Shown piece by piece: positions 62,112-64,000 of a DNA stretch of 64,000 nt (position 1 is the first letter of the stretch; each line of letters begins with the position of its first letter). Position numbers and translations under genes: made by a program. This stretch comes from a virus, in the IMG/VR virus record IMGVR_UViG_3300009506_000009, positions 34,894-98,893 of that record; one strand, 5' to 3'. The notes below the pieces were generated by a model. It did no database searches. It had not been told where the DNA came from and was given only the letters and a program-made list of their open reading frames with translations.

Positions 62112-64000
62112 TAGAACCTCACTCTGCCACCGTAGGCAATATTGTTATTTGTTAGCTCACCAAGCTTGCGGATCACTTTATCCACAAGCATATCTGCATC
62201 ATCCTCACTGCGTATCTGTGCCTCACGCAAGTCAATGGTCACGTAATACGTTGCACCTGCACTTGTAGGTGTAGGTATACCTGTATTTGCAACAGCCGCA
62301 CCAGCAAGAGCCGGGGTTACACCCATTGCCAGATTAATTGCCCTTACTATTTCAGATTCTTCACCCTCAATACCAATGGCAAAGCCTTCTCCTGTCCACG
62401 AACCGAATTGTTCGAACAGTTTAGAAGGAGAAGACAATCCAAGAAGTTTCTTTACCTTTTCAATGGCGGCATCAACAACTGCTTTGATTGCACCTTTAAC
62501 CTTTTCAGTCATAGAGTTGATACCTTCGATCATACCCTCAATGATACCAACACCCATGTCGATAAATTCTTGTCGCTTCTCTTCGATCCAGGTTTTGATA
62601 GCCTCTATCTTATCCGTAACATTAGTCTTTAATTCTTCAGCCTTGGCTTCAACAGCGGCACGAATCTCTTCCCATTTCTCTTCGGCTCCGGTCTTGATAC
62701 TATCCCAGGTTGTGCCCATAATGGTAGCAAGACCATCCCAAAATGTGGACCATGCAGTTGTGAATGTCTCCCAAGCGGTATCAAAGTTAGACTTAATGGT
62801 TTCCCAAGCGGTACCAACAGTCTCTTTGATAGTATCCCATGCTGTAGATAGGATTGACCCTATCTCAGACCAGTTACCACTCCAGATAGCCTTAAATACA
62901 TCGACCGCCGCCCAAAATGTTGTAGTAAGAACCTCCCATGCAGACATAACTGCTGTCTTTAGGCTATCCCAAGCAAGTACTGCAAAGCTTATCAGCATTA
63001 CCAGCCAAGAGTTCCACATCTCATTGAATGTATTAAACGCATTGGCAAAGAAGTCTGAGAATGTACCCCATATAGACTTTGCCATACCTGTCCACCATTC
63101 CCATTTTGCCGCAATGTTTTCAGCAAAGGTCTTGATGATTGACCATACCTGTAGAGTCAGACCAAGCAAACGAACAGCCGCCACACCAATAAGAACTAAG
63201 ACCTCTACAAATCTATCAGCAACACTACCAATCGCTTCACCAACAGTATACCAGTCTATATTTCCAGACAAGCCAAAGGTCTCTTTAAATAATGCCCATG
63301 CGTCTGTTAATCCATCCCATGCATCACGAAGAGCATCCAATAGTGTAGGGTCGATACCATCAAACCCTTCCTGTAATCCCTTAATGAAAGGCAACTCAGT
63401 GATATCAAAGTCTTCAAAAGCAGAAGCAAAGTCTGTTCCTGTCAACTCTTCCCATATACCAGATAGTTTATCTTTTGCTTCACCAACGAAGGCAACGATG
63501 GCATCCTTCCAAGATACTAGGGTGTCGTAGATTTCACGGGCCTTGGTACCAATCTCATACATGGTGTTGTACGTGTTATTGGCTTCAACATCCACACCTG
63601 CATTAGCAAGCATGGTAGGATCAAGACCATGTAGGTCAAACCCTTGGGAGTCTACCCCATTCCAGGCATCAATGAATCCCTGAAGCATACCTTTGCCTCG
63701 TTCAAGCCTTTCTTGCAGTGACTTGAAGTCGCTGAGAGCCTTGTCAAACATATCATCAACATTAGGAAGTTCTGTATCTGAAAGATCACCAAATCCTCCA
63801 GCAATATCTTCCATTGTTTCTTTGAGAGATTCAAGGGCCTGGGCAATACGTTCAAAGACACTATCCTGGTCCATCATGGCGTCGATGATAGCCTTTTGGT
63901 AGTCCATGTTTTCTTTGTACTGGTCGCCTTGCTCTTCAAGAGCCGCTTGCTCTTCATCGAGACCCCGTAGATTATCATCTCGCTGACGCTGTGCTTCACG
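62111..64000 (-). CDS. tape measure protein (C-terminal part; 5' end outside window)
   Basis: Trp-periodic amphipathic repeats; LGLSSPSKLF motif; frame open to the window edge. Confidence 0.9.
   Translation of the reverse strand, partial: REAQRQRDDNLRGLDEEQAALEEQGDQYKENMDYQKAIIDAMMDQDSVFERIAQALESLKETMEDIAGGFGDLSDTELPNVDDMFDKALSDFKSLQERLERGKGMLQGFIDAWNGVDSQGFDLHGLDPTMLANAGVDVEANNTYNTMYEIGTKAREIYDTLVSWKDAIVAFVGEAKDKLSGIWEELTGTDFASAFEDFDITELPFIKGLQEGFDGIDPTLLDALRDAWDGLTDAWALFKETFGLSGNIDWYTVGEAIGSVADRFVEVLVLIGVAAVRLLGLTLQVWSIIKTFAENIAAKWEWWTGMAKSIWGTFSDFFANAFNTFNEMWNSWLVMLISFAVLAWDSLKTAVMSAWEVLTTTFWAAVDVFKAIWSGNWSEIGSILSTAWDTIKETVGTAWETIKSNFDTAWETFTTAWSTFWDGLATIMGTTWDSIKTGAEEKWEEIRAAVEAKAEELKTNVTDKIEAIKTWIEEKRQEFIDMGVGIIEGMIEGINSMTEKVKGAIKAVVDAAIEKVKKLLGLSSPSKLFEQFGSWTGEGFAIGIEGEESEIVRAINLAMGVTPALAGAAVANTGIPTPTSAGATYYVTIDLREAQIRSEDDADMLVDKVIRKLGELTNNNIAYGGRVRF

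Noticed and set aside
62376-63530. 384-aa plus-strand ORF
   Set aside because: Antisense shadow of the tape measure gene; no RBS or motifs. The same applies to most minus-strand ORFs in 0.5-52 kb.
1-64000. Alternative genetic code or suppressor tRNA
   Set aside because: Conserved genes are intact under code 11, all three stop codons are used, and no CTA/TCA/TTA anticodon was found.

Overview
A 64-kb segment of a large tailed dsDNA phage. The long tape measure suggests a siphovirus; secreted-protein motifs point to a Chloroflexota/Anaerolineae host. Layout: (i) 0.2-8 kb, an array of 13 tRNA genes, none encoding a full CCA, headed by a ~207-nt minimal RNase P RNA and interleaved with small ORFs and unexplained structured RNAs. 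(ii) 8.9-22.5 kb, nucleotide metabolism, recombination and RNA repair genes (SSB, class II RNR, MazG-like, RtcB, Pol-beta-type nucleotidyltransferase, RecA, dTMP kinase, deoxyribonucleotidase). (iii) 22.5-25 kb, a repeat-flanked EndoVII-type nuclease gene, an iterated non-coding tract and a ~1-kb block packed with hairpins whose C-GNA-G triloops are a DNA (not RNA) stability signature. (iv) 24.5-46 kb, many small probably early genes, including a CCA-adding enzyme, ArdC, DUF2958 and a tRNA-like RNA. (v) 46.7-52.4 kb, replication (family A polymerase, DnaB-like helicase, Rad52-like annealase). (vi) 52.4-64 kb on the minus strand, holin and tail module. The two strongest candidates for an undescribed system are a phage-encoded tRNA maturation/repair pathway built on an S-domain-less RNase P ribozyme, and the DNA-hairpin block that heads the early region. 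All calls come from motif reading by eye; no searches were run.
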